Positions 6,731 to 13,750 of a DNA stretch of 13,750 bases are shown here, one piece after another. The DNA lies in IMG/VR virus record IMGVR_UViG_2698536576_000010, positions 1 through 13,750 of that record; one strand, written 5' to 3'. The first letter of the stretch is position 1, and each line of letters starts with the position of its first letter. The notes beneath the pieces were generated by a model, which was not told where the DNA came from, did no database searches, and worked only from the letters and a program-made list of their open reading frames with translations. A program made the translations under genes and the position numbers. The stretch comes from a virus (Duplodnaviria; Heunggongvirae; Uroviricota; Caudoviricetes).

Positions 6731-7099
6731 ATGTCAAACATCAAAAAATACATCATTGATTACGACTGGAAAGCATCAATAGAAATTGAAATCGACCATG
6801 ACGTAATGACAGAGGAAAAACTTCACCAGATTAATAATTTCTGGTCAGACTCTGAATACCGACTCAATAAACACGGCTCTGTATTAAATGCTGTATTAAT
6901 CATGCTGGCGCAACATGCTCTGCTTATAGCAATTTCAAGCGACTTAAATGCATATGGTGTTGTGTGTGAGTTCGACTGGAATGATGGAAATGGTCAGGAA
7001 GGATGGCCTCCAATGGATGGTAGCGAAGGAATAAGAATTACCGATATCGATACATCAGGAATATTTGATTCAGATGATATGACTATCAAAGCCGCCTGA
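6731..7099 (+). CDS. ea10: Ea10-like early protein, 122 aa
   Basis: Position between ral and cIII and length match lambda ea10. Sequence MSNIKKYIIDYDWKASIEIEIDHD... is consistent with my recollection, unverified. Confidence 0.7.
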   Translation: MSNIKKYIIDYDWKASIEIEIDHDVMTEEKLHQINNFWSDSEYRLNKHGSVLNAVLIMLAQHALLIAISSDLNAYGVVCEFDWNDGNGQEGWPPMDGSEGIRITDIDTSGIFDSDDMTIKAA

Positions 7100-7171
7100 G
7101 CGCGGCGTTACCGCATACCAATAACGCTTCACTCGAGGCGTTTTTCGTTATGTATAAATAAGGAGCACACC

Positions 7172-7336
7172 ATGCAATATGCCATTGCAGGGTGGCCTGT
7201 TGCTGGCTGCCCTTCCGAATCTTTACTTGAACGAATCACCCGTAAATTACGTGACGGATGGAAACGCCTTATCGACATACTTAATCAGCCAGGAGTCCCA
7301 AAAAATGGATCAAACACTTATGGCTATCCAGACTAA
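7172..7336 (+). CDS. cIII: CIII (FtsH/HflB inhibitor), 54 aa
   Basis: [54 protein letters not shown] matches recalled lambda CIII. AAGGAG SD. Not in the ORF track because it is under 60 aa. Confidence 0.9.
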   Translation: MQYAIAGWPVAGCPSESLLERITRKLRDGWKRLIDILNQPGVPKNGSNTYGYPD

Positions 7337-7448
7337 ATTCACTATCGCCACTTTTATTGGCGATGAAAAGATGTTTCGTGAGGCCGTCGACGCTTATAAA
7401 AAATGGATATTAATACTGAAACTGAGATCAAGCAAAAGCATTCACTAA
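7305..7448 (+). CDS. kil: Kil (host cell-division inhibitor), 47 aa
   Basis: [47 protein letters not shown] matches recalled lambda Kil. Overlaps the cIII 3' end and the gam 5' end, as in lambda. Confidence 0.85.
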   Translation: MDQTLMAIQTKFTIATFIGDEKMFREAVDAYKKWILILKLRSSKSIH

Positions 7449-7819
7449 CCCCCTTTCCTGTTTTCCTAATCAGCCCGGCATTTCGCGGGCGATATTTTCA
7501 CAGCTATTTCAGGAGTTCAGCCATGAACGCTTATTACATTCAGGATCGTCTTGAGGCTCAGAGCTGGACGCGTCACTACCAGCAGATCGCCCGTGAAGAG
7601 AAAGAGGCAGAACTGGCAGACGACATGGAAAAAGGCCTGCCCCAGCACCTGTTTGAATCGCTATGCATCGATCATTTGCAACGCCACGGGGTCAGCAAAA
7701 AAGCCATTACCCGTGCGTTCGATGACGATGTTGAGTTTCAGGAGCGCATGGCAGAACACATCCGGTACATGGTTGAAACCATTGCTCACCACCAGGTTGA
7801 TATTGATTCAGAGGTATAA
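7403..7819 (+). CDS. gam: Gam (RecBCD inhibitor), 138 aa
   Basis: [55 protein letters not shown]... matches recalled lambda Gam. Confidence 0.95.
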   Translation: MDINTETEIKQKHSLTPFPVFLISPAFRGRYFHSYFRSSAMNAYYIQDRLEAQSWTRHYQQIAREEKEAELADDMEKGLPQHLFESLCIDHLQRHGVSKKAITRAFDDDVEFQERMAEHIRYMVETIAHHQVDIDSEV

Positions 7820-7824
7820 AACGG

Positions 7825-8610
7825 ATGAGTACAGCACTCGCAACGCTGGCTGGGAAGCTGGCTGAACGTGTCGGCATGGATTCTGTCGACCCACAGGAAC
7901 TGATCACCACTCTTCGCCAGACGGCATTTAAAGGTGATGCCAGCGATGCGCAGTTCATCGCATTGTTGATCGTCGCCAACCAGTACGGCCTTAATCCGTG
8001 GACGAAAGAAATTTACGCCTTCCCTGACAAGCAGAACGGCATCGTTCCGGTGGTGGGCGTTGATGGCTGGTCCCGCATCATCAATGAAAACCAGCAGTTT
8101 GATGGCATGGACTTTGAGCAGGACAATGAATCCTGCACATGCCGGATTTACCGCAAAGACCGCAATCATCCGATCTGCGTTACCGAGTGGATGGATGAAT
8201 GCCGCCGCGAACCATTCAAAACCCGCGAAGGCAGAGAAATCACGGGGCCGTGGCAGTCGCATCCCAAACGGATGTTACGGCATAAAGCCATGATTCAGTG
8301 TGCCCGTCTCGCCTTCGGATTTGCTGGTATCTATGACAAGGATGAAGCCGAGCGCATTGTCGAAAATACCGCATACACTGCAGAACGTCAGCCGGAACGC
8401 GACATCACTCCGGTTAACGATGAAACCATGCAGGAGATTAACACTCTGCTGATTGCCCTGGATAAAACATGGGATGACGACTTATTGCCGCTCTGTTCCC
8501 AGATATTTCGCCGCGACATTCGCGCATCGTCAGAACTGACACAGGCCGAAGCAGTGAAAGCTCTTGGATTCCTGAAACAGAAAGCCACTGAGCAGAAGGT
8601 GGCAGCATGA
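7825..8610 (+). CDS. bet: Bet (Red-beta single-strand annealing recombinase), 261 aa
   Basis: [59 protein letters not shown]... matches recalled lambda Bet. Confidence 0.95.
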   Translation: MSTALATLAGKLAERVGMDSVDPQELITTLRQTAFKGDASDAQFIALLIVANQYGLNPWTKEIYAFPDKQNGIVPVVGVDGWSRIINENQQFDGMDFEQDNESCTCRIYRKDRNHPICVTEWMDECRREPFKTREGREITGPWQSHPKRMLRHKAMIQCARLAFGFAGIYDKDEAERIVENTAYTAERQPERDITPVNDETMQEINTLLIALDKTWDDDLLPLCSQIFRRDIRASSELTQAEAVKALGFLKQKATEQKVAA

Positions 8611-9287
8611 CACCGGACATTATACTGCAGCGTACCGGGATCGACGTGAGAGCTGTCGAACAGGGGGATGATGCATGGCACAAATTACGGCTCGGCGTCA
8701 TCACCGCTTCAGAAGTTCACAACGTGATAGCAAAGCCCCGATCAGGAAAGAAGTGGCCTGACATGAAAATGTCCTACTTCCACACCCTGCTGGCTGAGGT
8801 TTGCACCGGTGTGGCTCCGGAAGTTAACGCTAAAGCGCTGGCCTGGGGAAAACAGTACGAGAACGACGCCAGAACCCTGTTTGAGTTCACTTCCGGCGTA
8901 AATGTTATTGAATCCCCGATCATCTATCGCGACGAAAGTATGCGCACCGCCTGCTCTCCCGATGGTTTATGCAGTGACGGCAATGGCCTTGAGCTGAAAT
9001 GCCCGTTTACCTCCCGGGATTTCATGAAGTTCCGGCTCGGTGGTTTCGAGGCCATAAAGTCGGCTTACATGGCCCAGGTGCAGTACAGCATGTGGGTGAC
9101 GCGAAAAGATGCCTGGTACTTTGCCAACTATGACCCGCGTATGAAGCGTGAAGGCCTGCATTATGTCGTGGTTGAGCGGGATGAAAAGTACATGGCGAGT
9201 TTTGACGAGATGGTGCCGGAGTTCATCGAAAAAATGGACGAGGCACTGGCTGAAATTGGTTTTGCATTTGGGGAGCAATGGCGATGA
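8607..9287 (+). CDS. exo: Exo (lambda exonuclease, Red-alpha), 226 aa
   Basis: [62 protein letters not shown]... matches recalled lambda Exo. Start overlaps the bet stop. Confidence 0.95.
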   Translation: MTPDIILQRTGIDVRAVEQGDDAWHKLRLGVITASEVHNVIAKPRSGKKWPDMKMSYFHTLLAEVCTGVAPEVNAKALAWGKQYENDARTLFEFTSGVNVIESPIIYRDESMRTACSPDGLCSDGNGLELKCPFTSRDFMKFRLGGFEAIKSAYMAQVQYSMWVTRKDAWYFANYDPRMKREGLHYVVVERDEKYMASFDEMVPEFIEKMDEALAEIGFAFGEQWR

Positions 9288-9445
9288 AGCATCCTCACGA
9301 TAATATCCGGGTAGGCACGATCACTTTCGTCTACTCCGTTACAAAGCGAGGCTGGGTATTTCCCGGCCTTTCTGTTATCCGAAATCCCCTGAAAGCACAG
9401 CGGCTGGCTGAGGAGATAAATAATAAACGGGGGCTGTATGACTGA
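9284..9445 (+). CDS. Small early protein, 53 aa (lambda orf60a-like)
   Basis: ATG overlaps the exo stop (ATGA). [53 protein letters not shown]. Position and start resemble the ORF after exo in lambda. Under the ORF-track size cutoff. Confidence 0.5.
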   Translation: MKHPHDNIRVGTITFVYSVTKRGWVFPGLSVIRNPLKAQRLAEEINNKRGLYD

Positions 9446-9995
9446 TTTCACCGGAAGCAATACTCCTGCCGAACATCGCGACAGCTGGCGCACACCACCA
9501 GAGATTTTTGCTGCGCTTAATGCAGAGTTCGTTTTTCAACTTGATGCTGCCGCCAGCGAAAAAAACCGACTATGTCGGCTTTTTATCTCACAGGAGCAGA
9601 ACACATTAACCACTTCATGGCCTGAAGCAATGGGATATGCCTCTGGTTATGTCTGGTTGAATCCACCATACAGCAATATTTCCCCTTTTGTGAAAAAGGC
9701 AGCCACTGAAAACAAATTCAGTAGTGTGGGATGTGTAATGTTATTGCCTGCTGACACATCTGTCGGATGGTTTCATGAAGCGATACAAACCGCCAGTGAG
9801 GTCAGATTCATCACGGCAGGACGACTGGCATTTATTAACCCACTCACTGAGAAACCCGTCAGTGGAAATAATAAAGGCTCGATGCTCATTATCTGGCACC
9901 CATACCCCCGTACACACTGCCACTTTACGACCGTTGATCGTGGAGAGTTGATGGCGTTCGGCTCAAGGATTCTTGCCCGTCGGGAGGCTGCATGA
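9438..9995 (+). CDS. Phage-type DNA N6-adenine methyltransferase (Dam family), 185 aa, orphan
   Basis: Catalytic NPPY motif (WLNPPYSNISPFVKKA), size and overall pattern typical of phage Dam-family N6A methyltransferases. No adjacent restriction endonuclease. Confidence 0.8.
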   Translation: MTDFTGSNTPAEHRDSWRTPPEIFAALNAEFVFQLDAAASEKNRLCRLFISQEQNTLTTSWPEAMGYASGYVWLNPPYSNISPFVKKAATENKFSSVGCVMLLPADTSVGWFHEAIQTASEVRFITAGRLAFINPLTEKPVSGNNKGSMLIIWHPYPRTHCHFTTVDRGELMAFGSRILARREAA

Positions 9996-10075
9996 CAACC
10001 ACGGAATGCATTTTTCTGGCAGCGGGCTTCATATTCTGTGTGCTTATGCTTGCCGACATGGGACTTGTTCAATGA
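9992..10075 (+). CDS. Putative 27-aa hydrophobic (single-helix) membrane peptide
   Basis: GGGAGG SD 5 nt upstream. MTTTECIFLAAGFIFCVLMLADMGLVQ. ATGA overlaps at both ends link it to the methyltransferase stop and the next ORF start. Confidence 0.35.
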   Translation: MTTTECIFLAAGFIFCVLMLADMGLVQ

Positions 10076-10287
10076 CACCTCAGCAGGAAAACGCCCTTCG
10101 CAGCATTGCCCGTCAGGCTAATTCTGAAATCAAAAAAGCCAGACAGCAGTTTCCGGATAAAAACGTCGATGACATTTGCCGTAGCGTACTAAAGAAGCAC
10201 CGCGAAACGGTAACGCTGATGGGATTCACACCGACTCATTTAAGCCTGGCGATCGGCATGTTAAACGGCGTCTTTAAGGAACGGTGA
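10072..10287 (+). CDS. Hypothetical early protein, 71 aa
   Basis: MTPQQENALRSIARQANSEIKKARQQFPDKNVDDICRSVLKKHRETVTLMGFTPTHLSLAIGMLNGVFKER. The ORF-track entry 9973..10287 is trimmed to the internal ATG that does not overlap the methyltransferase. Confidence 0.55.
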   Translation: MTPQQENALRSIARQANSEIKKARQQFPDKNVDDICRSVLKKHRETVTLMGFTPTHLSLAIGMLNGVFKER

Positions 10288-10289
10288 AC

Positions 10290-10379
10290 ATGAAAAGCAA
10301 AATCATCAGGGAGCTACAGGCTCCTTTTTTATTGTTCGCATTCATCCTCAAGCGTATTAACCAACAATTCAGGGATTAA
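10290..10379 (+). CDS. Possible small ORF, 29 aa
   Basis: MKSKIIRELQAPFLLFAFILKRINQQFRD. Tightly packed between neighbours, with no strong SD. Speculative. Confidence 0.25.
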   Translation: MKSKIIRELQAPFLLFAFILKRINQQFRD

Positions 10380-10385
10380 TGGAAG

Positions 10386-10604
10386 ATGGCAGACATCATT
10401 GATTCAGCATCAGAAATCGAAGAATTACAGCGCAATACAGCAATAAAAATGCGTCGTCTGAACCACCAGGCTATATCTGCCACTCATTGTTGTAAGTGTG
10501 GCGATCCCATAGATGAACGAAGACGCCTGGCCGTTCAGGGTTGTCGGACTTGTGCAAGTTGCCAGGAGGAGATCGAACTTAAGAACAAACAATGGGGATT
10601 GTGA
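10386..10604 (+). CDS. TraR/DksA-family C4 zinc-finger protein, 72 aa
   Basis: CxxC-(17)-CxxC motif (CCKCGDPIDERRRLAVQGCRTCASC) at the C-terminus of a short helical protein, typical of phage TraR-like RNA-polymerase-binding factors. Confidence 0.75.
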   Translation: MADIIDSASEIEELQRNTAIKMRRLNHQAISATHCCKCGDPIDERRRLAVQGCRTCASCQEEIELKNKQWGL

Positions 10605-10651
10605 TGGCCTCAAAGCAGCAAATTTCAACATCGTCCAACTGAGGTGTAAAA

Positions 10652-10930
10652 ATGTTCAGAATCATTTTTCCTAACACCTGGTACGTCGACCACCACGGCA
10701 CTCCCTGCAAAATCCTGCGTTCTACCCACAACAAAGTTCACTACATCCGAAAAGGCAGAACATGTATCGCCAGCATGTTCCGCTTTAATCATGACTTTGA
10801 ACCTGTGAATAAAGCTGATGCAGATCGGATAGCAGAAGAGATCGAAACGGCAGAACACATTAAGAAGTTACGTGACATGCGTTCAAAAAGCAGAGGTAAC
10901 CATGGAATCATACAGCCTCACACTCGATGA
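10652..10930 (+). CDS. Hypothetical early protein, 92 aa
   Basis: GAGGTG SD 5 nt upstream of the ATG. Overlaps the xis start. No family recognised. Confidence 0.55.
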   Translation: MFRIIFPNTWYVDHHGTPCKILRSTHNKVHYIRKGRTCIASMFRFNHDFEPVNKADADRIAEEIETAEHIKKLRDMRSKSRGNHGIIQPHTR

Positions 10931-11252
10931 GGCCTGTCAGTTTCTTAAGATATCCAGACCAACCGCCACCAACTGGATACGAACAGGCCGCCTACAGGCA
11001 ACACGCAAAGACCCCACTAAACCAAAATCTCCTTACCTCACAACGCGACAAGCCTGCATTGCGGCGCTTCAGTCTCCGCTGCATACTATCAAGGTGAGCG
11101 CGGGTGATGGCATAACAGAGGAAAGAAAATGTCACTCTTCCGCAGAAGTGAAATATGGTACGCCAGTTTCACATTGCCGAACGGTAAAAGATTTAAACAG
11201 TCTCTTGGAACAAAGGACAAAAGGCAGGCGACAGAGCTCCATGACAAGCTAA
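10902..11252 (+). CDS. xis: Excisionase (P22-type Xis), 116 aa
   Basis: [38 protein letters not shown]... is an HTH excisionase directly upstream of and overlapping int, with the length of P22 Xis. The ORF-track entry is trimmed to the ATG at 10902. Confidence 0.8.
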   Translation: MESYSLTLDEACQFLKISRPTATNWIRTGRLQATRKDPTKPKSPYLTTRQACIAALQSPLHTIKVSAGDGITEERKCHSSAEVKYGTPVSHCRTVKDLNSLLEQRTKGRRQSSMTS

Positions 11253-12292
11253 AGGCTGAAGCATGGCGGGTCAGCAAACTTGGTGAAATACCTGATATGA
11301 CGTTCGAGGAGGCGTGTATCAGGTGGCTCGAAGAGAAAGCACATAAAAAATCACTGGACGATGACAAAAGCCGGATCGGATTCTGGCTTCAACATTTCGC
11401 AGGAATGCAACTAAGAGACATTACTGAATCAAAAATTTATTCAGCAATGCAGAAAATGACGAACCGGCGTCATGAGGAAAACTGGAAACTCAGGGCAGAA
11501 GCATGCAGAAAAAAAGGGAAACCTGTTCCAGAATACACGCCAAAACCAGCGTCCGTTGCAACGAAGGCTACGCATCTTTCATTTATAAAGGCCCTACTAA
11601 GAGCCGCAGAGCGTGAATGGAAAATGCTGGATAAGGCACCAATTATTAAAGTGCCTCAACCAAAGAATAAACGGATCCGCTGGCTGGAGCCCCATGAAGC
11701 ACAAAGGCTGATTGATGAATGTCCGGAGCCATTAAAGTCTGTTGTTGAATTTGCACTGGCAACAGGTTTAAGACGCTCGAACATCATCAACCTTGAATGG
11801 CAACAAATAGATATGCAGCGCCGGGTGGCATGGATAAACCCGGAAGAGAGTAAATCAAACCGCGCAATCGGCGTTGCGCTGAATGATACTGCATGTCGCG
11901 TTTTGAAAAAACAAATCGGGAATCATCACCGTTGGGTATTTGTGTACAAGGAAAGCTGTACCAAACCAGACGGAACGAAAGCGCCAACAGTAAGGAAGAT
12001 GCGGTATGACGCAAACACAGCCTGGAAAGCGGCGCTGAGACGAGCTGGTATTGATGATTTCAGATTTCACGACTTGAGACACACCTGGGCAAGTTGGCTG
12101 GTTCAAGCCGGAGTCCCGTTGTCAGTGTTACAGGAAATGGGTGGCTGGGAGTCTATCGAAATGGTTCGTCGATATGCTCACCTCGCGCCTAATCACCTTA
12201 CCGAACACGCACGGCAAATAGACTCGATTCTGAACCCATCGGTCCCAAATTTGTCCCAGTCAAAAAATAAGGAAGGTACTAATGATGTGTAA
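11129..12292 (+). CDS. int: Tyrosine integrase (P22-type Int), 387 aa
   Basis: [46 protein letters not shown]... with the C-terminal catalytic region [39 protein letters not shown] (R...HxxR...Y). Matches recalled P22 Int, which targets thrW. Confidence 0.95.
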   Translation: MSLFRRSEIWYASFTLPNGKRFKQSLGTKDKRQATELHDKLKAEAWRVSKLGEIPDMTFEEACIRWLEEKAHKKSLDDDKSRIGFWLQHFAGMQLRDITESKIYSAMQKMTNRRHEENWKLRAEACRKKGKPVPEYTPKPASVATKATHLSFIKALLRAAEREWKMLDKAPIIKVPQPKNKRIRWLEPHEAQRLIDECPEPLKSVVEFALATGLRRSNIINLEWQQIDMQRRVAWINPEESKSNRAIGVALNDTACRVLKKQIGNHHRWVFVYKESCTKPDGTKAPTVRKMRYDANTAWKAALRRAGIDDFRFHDLRHTWASWLVQAGVPLSVLQEMGGWESIEMVRRYAHLAPNHLTEHARQIDSILNPSVPNLSQSKNKEGTNDV

Positions 12293-12306
12293 CTTATTGA
12301 TTTAAA

Positions 12307-12382
12307 TGGTGCCGATAATAGGAGTCGAACCTACGACCTTCGCATTACGAATGCGCTGCTCTACCAACTGAGCTATATCGGC
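12307..12382 (-). tRNA. thrW: tRNA-Thr (anticodon CGU), thrW-type; phage attachment site at its 3' end
   Basis: Minus-strand sequence GCCGATATAGCTCAGTTGGTAGAGCAGCGCATTCGTAATGCGAAGGTCGTAGGTTCGACTCCTATTATCGGCACCA is 76 nt, folds as a cloverleaf with anticodon loop TTCGTAA and T-loop GGTTCGA, and ends in CCA. Confidence 0.92.
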
Positions 12383-12433
12383 CCTGAAAGGACATGTTCA
12401 CGAACGTGAATCACGGTGGACAAGGTTAAAACT

Positions 12434-12492
12434 AACCGGGCGATGCGTCAATGGCCTTGTGAATCAAATGGCTACTTTTGCATCACCCGGTT
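12434..12492. other. Imperfect long inverted repeat between proA and the tRNA (possible proA terminator or tRNA leader structure)
   Basis: AACCGGGCGATGC ... GCATCACCCGGTT arms separated by about 33 nt; T-rich on the + side only. Role uncertain. Confidence 0.3.
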
Positions 12493-12496
12493 TTAT

Positions 12497-13750
12497 TTAC
12501 GCACGAATGGTGTAATCACCAATGCCGATCCACTTGTAAGTGGTCAGTGCTTCCAGCCCCATTGGGCCACGCGCGTGGAGTTTTTGTGTGCTTACCGCCA
12601 CTTCCGCACCCAGACCAAACTGGCCGCCGTCGGTAAAACGCGTAGAGGCGTTAACGTAAACAGCGGACGAATCCACTTCGTTAACAAAACGCTGGGCGTT
12701 GCGCATATCGCGGGTCAGGATCGCATCGGAGTGTTGTGTGCCGTGTTCACGAATATGGGCGATGGCATCGTCAAGATCGCTGACGATTTTGACGTTCAAA
12801 TCTAATGACAGAAACTCATCGTCATACTCTTCGGCTTTAACAGCAACCACCTTCGCAGGGCCTGCCTGCAACTGCGCCAGTGCAGCTGCATCTGCGTGTA
12901 ATGTCACGCCGCTTTCCGCCATTTGTTTGCTTAATGCGGGCAGGAAGCTATCGGCGATGTTTTTATTCACCAGCAACGTTTCAACCGTATTACATGTGCT
13001 CGGACGCTGAGTTTTCGCGTTGACGATCACTTTTAATGCTTCAGCGATCTCTACACTTTCATCAACGTAAATATGGCATACGCCTATACCACCTGTGATC
13101 ACCGGGATTGTCGACTGTTCACGGCACAGTTTATGCAAACCAGCGCCACCACGCGGGATCAGCATGTCGATGTATTTATCCATACGCAGCATTTCACTGA
13201 CCAGCGCACGGTCAGGATTATCAATCGCCTGCACGGCACCCGCCGGTAAGCCGCAGGATTTCAGGGCGTCCTGAATCACCGCCACCGTTGCAGCGTTAGT
13301 GCGACACGTTTCTTTGCCACCGCGCAGGATCACCGCATTACCGGTTTTCAGGCACAGCGAAGCGACATCAACCGTCACGTTCGGGCGCGCTTCATAAATC
13401 ACGCCAATAACCCCCAGCGGTACGCGACGACGCTCAAGACGCAGGCCGCTGTCCAGTACGCTGCCATCGATTACCTGCCCCACCGGATCGGCGAGGTTAC
13501 ACACCTGGCGCACATCATCGGCAATGCCTTTCAGCCGTGCGGGCGTCAGTGCCAGACGGTCAAGCATCGCTTCGCCAAGGCCATTGGCACGCGCGTCAGC
13601 AACATCCTGGGCGTTAGCGTTGAGGATGATTTCGCTTTGTGCTTCCAGTTCATCGGCGATTTTTTCCAGCACGCGATTTTTTTCGCGGCTGGAGAGTTGC
13701 GCTAATTTATACGAGGCTTGCTTCGCGGCAATGCCCATTTGTTCCAGCAT
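12497..13750 (-). CDS. proA: Gamma-glutamyl phosphate reductase (host gene), 417 aa, complete
   Basis: Full-length match to recalled enterobacterial ProA ([58 protein letters not shown]...). ATG at 13750..13748. Confidence 0.95.
   Translation of the reverse strand: MLEQMGIAAKQASYKLAQLSSREKNRVLEKIADELEAQSEIILNANAQDVADARANGLGEAMLDRLALTPARLKGIADDVRQVCNLADPVGQVIDGSVLDSGLRLERRRVPLGVIGVIYEARPNVTVDVASLCLKTGNAVILRGGKETCRTNAATVAVIQDALKSCGLPAGAVQAIDNPDRALVSEMLRMDKYIDMLIPRGGAGLHKLCREQSTIPVITGGIGVCHIYVDESVEIAEALKVIVNAKTQRPSTCNTVETLLVNKNIADSFLPALSKQMAESGVTLHADAAALAQLQAGPAKVVAVKAEEYDDEFLSLDLNVKIVSDLDDAIAHIREHGTQHSDAILTRDMRNAQRFVNEVDSSAVYVNASTRFTDGGQFGLGAEVAVSTQKLHARGPMGLEALTTYKWIGIGDYTIRA

Larger units (their letters stand above)
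1..12320. mobile_element. Lambdoid prophage, right portion (immunity, replication, Red recombination, int/xis), integrated at tRNA-Thr; continues beyond the left window edge; apparently defective
   Basis: Contiguous lambda-like gene order (ren-P-O-cII-cro / cI-N-ral-ea10-cIII-kil-gam-bet-exo-xis-int) ending 14 bp from the 3' end of a tRNA-Thr gene. The right boundary is approximate, since the att core probably overlaps the tRNA 3' end. Confidence 0.85.

Noticed and set aside
7786-8262. Minus-strand 158-aa ORF, with others at 7707..7979, 8388..8704, 8967..9493 and 9741..10078
   Set aside because: All lie antisense to highly conserved Red genes (gam, bet, exo) or the methyltransferase, have no RBS, and are explained as frame shadows of GC-rich coding sequence.
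10607-10645. 12-codon ORF (MASKQQISTSSN) between the zinc-finger gene and the next ORF
   Set aside because: Too short and lacking an RBS; more likely intergenic spacer.
12416-13010. Plus-strand ORFs 12416..12805 and 12699..13010
   Set aside because: Antisense to the complete, well-conserved host proA gene.

Overview
This window is the right-hand ~12.3 kb of a lambdoid prophage integrated at the host tRNA-Thr gene (thrW type, anticodon CGU), followed by host proA. All protein identifications rest on my recollection of the lambda and P22 sequences, not on a database search. On the + strand, running towards the integrase, are a cI-type repressor, a 348-aa unknown gene in the slot lambda uses for rexAB, pL with nutL, and lambda-like N, orf28, ral, ea10, cIII, kil, gam, bet and exo. 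These are followed by a small accessory cluster (a Dam-family adenine methyltransferase, a TraR/DksA zinc-finger protein and small ORFs), then a P22-type xis and int that end 14 bp from the tRNA. On the - strand, diverging from the repressor, are cro, nutR, cII, O (containing the ori iterons), P and ren. Beyond ren the expected nin, Q, lysis and morphogenesis genes are missing and ren abuts a tail-fibre ORF and a tail-fibre assembly gene, so the prophage looks deletion-derived and defective. The main candidate for something undescribed is the 348-aa, AT-richer, single-hydrophobic-segment protein wedged between cI and pL and closed off by an intrinsic terminator. Other points worth a second look are the domain-swapped repressor, the apparent absence of sieB, an orphan methyltransferase and a translationally coupled 27-aa hydrophobic peptide.
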